Shown here piece by piece: positions 15,507 to 15,752 of a DNA stretch of 15,752 bases. Positions within the stretch are counted from its first letter, which is position 1, and each line of letters starts with the position of its first letter. The DNA lies in assembly GCA_938040325.1 (NCBI GenBank), contig CALHXW010000350.1, forward strand, positions 1 through 15,752, in the 5' to 3' direction. Both the position numbers and the translations under genes were made by a program. This DNA comes from an uncultured bacterium (GTDB taxonomy: Bacteria > Myxococcota_A > UBA9042 > PHBI01). The notes beneath the pieces are model-generated. The model made no database searches. It saw only the letters and a program-made list of their open reading frames with translations, and was not told where the DNA came from.

Positions 15507-15752
15507 GTGACCTATCCTTCGTGACGGAGCTGGGCCTGTGGAGGCGGGGCTAAACCATACAAGCGATCGGTTGTCTATCATCAGGCACCGGGCGCCCGAC
15601 GTCGGCCAGTCCCCTCTGGTCCCAAAACAAGCGCTCTTTCCGGCTGCGCCTTCCGCGATGCACTCGCCAGCAGCGTCGGTCCGCTCGCTCCGCTCACCCG
15701 AACTCGACGATGCTCGCAGGGCCTTCATTCGGCCGACGCCGCTGGCAAGCAC

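Noticed and set aside
14031-15524. 497-aa plus-strand Ala/Val/Gly-rich ORF
   Set aside because: It is the exact antisense of the Cys-rich repeat gene. The minus-strand product has a signal peptide, RBS, conserved 6-Cys periodicity and terminator; the plus-strand product is a featureless Ala/Val polymer.
15507-15752. Track extension of the Cys-rich gene to 526 aa, and a candidate promoter TAGACA...TATGGT
   Set aside because: The extension precedes the obvious signal-peptide Met and its RBS. The promoter hexamer spacing (12 bp) is wrong for a sigma70-type promoter, so I cannot support it.
1-15752. Mobile elements, CRISPR arrays, rRNA/tRNA, integrase/transposase remnants, abrupt GC shifts
   Set aside because: I looked for terminal inverted repeats, direct-repeat/spacer periodicity, conserved tRNA stems and GC discontinuities, and saw none. 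Composition is uniformly ~68-70% GC.

Overview
This is a 15.75 kb window of very high GC (~68-70%) with strong GC3 codon bias. The gene content points to a myxobacterial-type chromosome: a 6-Cys ~40-aa repeat protein, Tat/Sec-secreted proteins, TPR proteins and a hybrid histidine kinase. That taxonomic call is inference. I support 10 protein-coding genes, with no rRNA, tRNA, CRISPR or mobile element seen. On the minus strand, 7378 down to <1 is one tightly packed putative operon. It encodes a YqiJ/NfeD-like OB-fold membrane protein (6620-7378), then a 720-aa flotillin/SPFH protein (4176-6338), then a giant protein of at least 1389 aa (4169-<1). The giant ORF starts at a TTG 6 nt after the flotillin stop and carries a AAA+/P-loop ATPase module (Walker A ISPPGYGKTT, Walker B NVMLYLDD) near its C-terminal end. 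The supplied ORF track misses this gene because it has no ATG and runs off the window, so I translated it by hand and found no in-frame stop. I do not recognise the family, and the flotillin + NfeD + giant ATPase cassette is the best candidate for an undescribed membrane-associated system. The other genes are a divergent orphan 113-aa protein (7510-7851, +), a secreted TPR protein (7860-8894, -), a class I SAM methyltransferase (9289-10047, -), a Tat-signal intradiol-dioxygenase-like protein (10327-10992, +), a 6-TM hybrid sensor kinase (11264-13285, +), an NTF2/SnoaL-like protein (13514-13981, -) and a secreted 444-aa protein made of nine tandem ~40-aa six-cysteine repeats (14172-15506, -). 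Between the methyltransferase and TPR genes lies a ~250-bp perfect-phase hexamer/30-mer minisatellite, (GGCCTGAGCCTGAGC)(GTGGGCGTGGGCGCG)n. It holds several canonical G3N3G3N3G3N3G3 quadruplex motifs and is open in three reading frames. Many long ORFs in the supplied track are antisense artefacts typical of high-GC DNA and are rejected.
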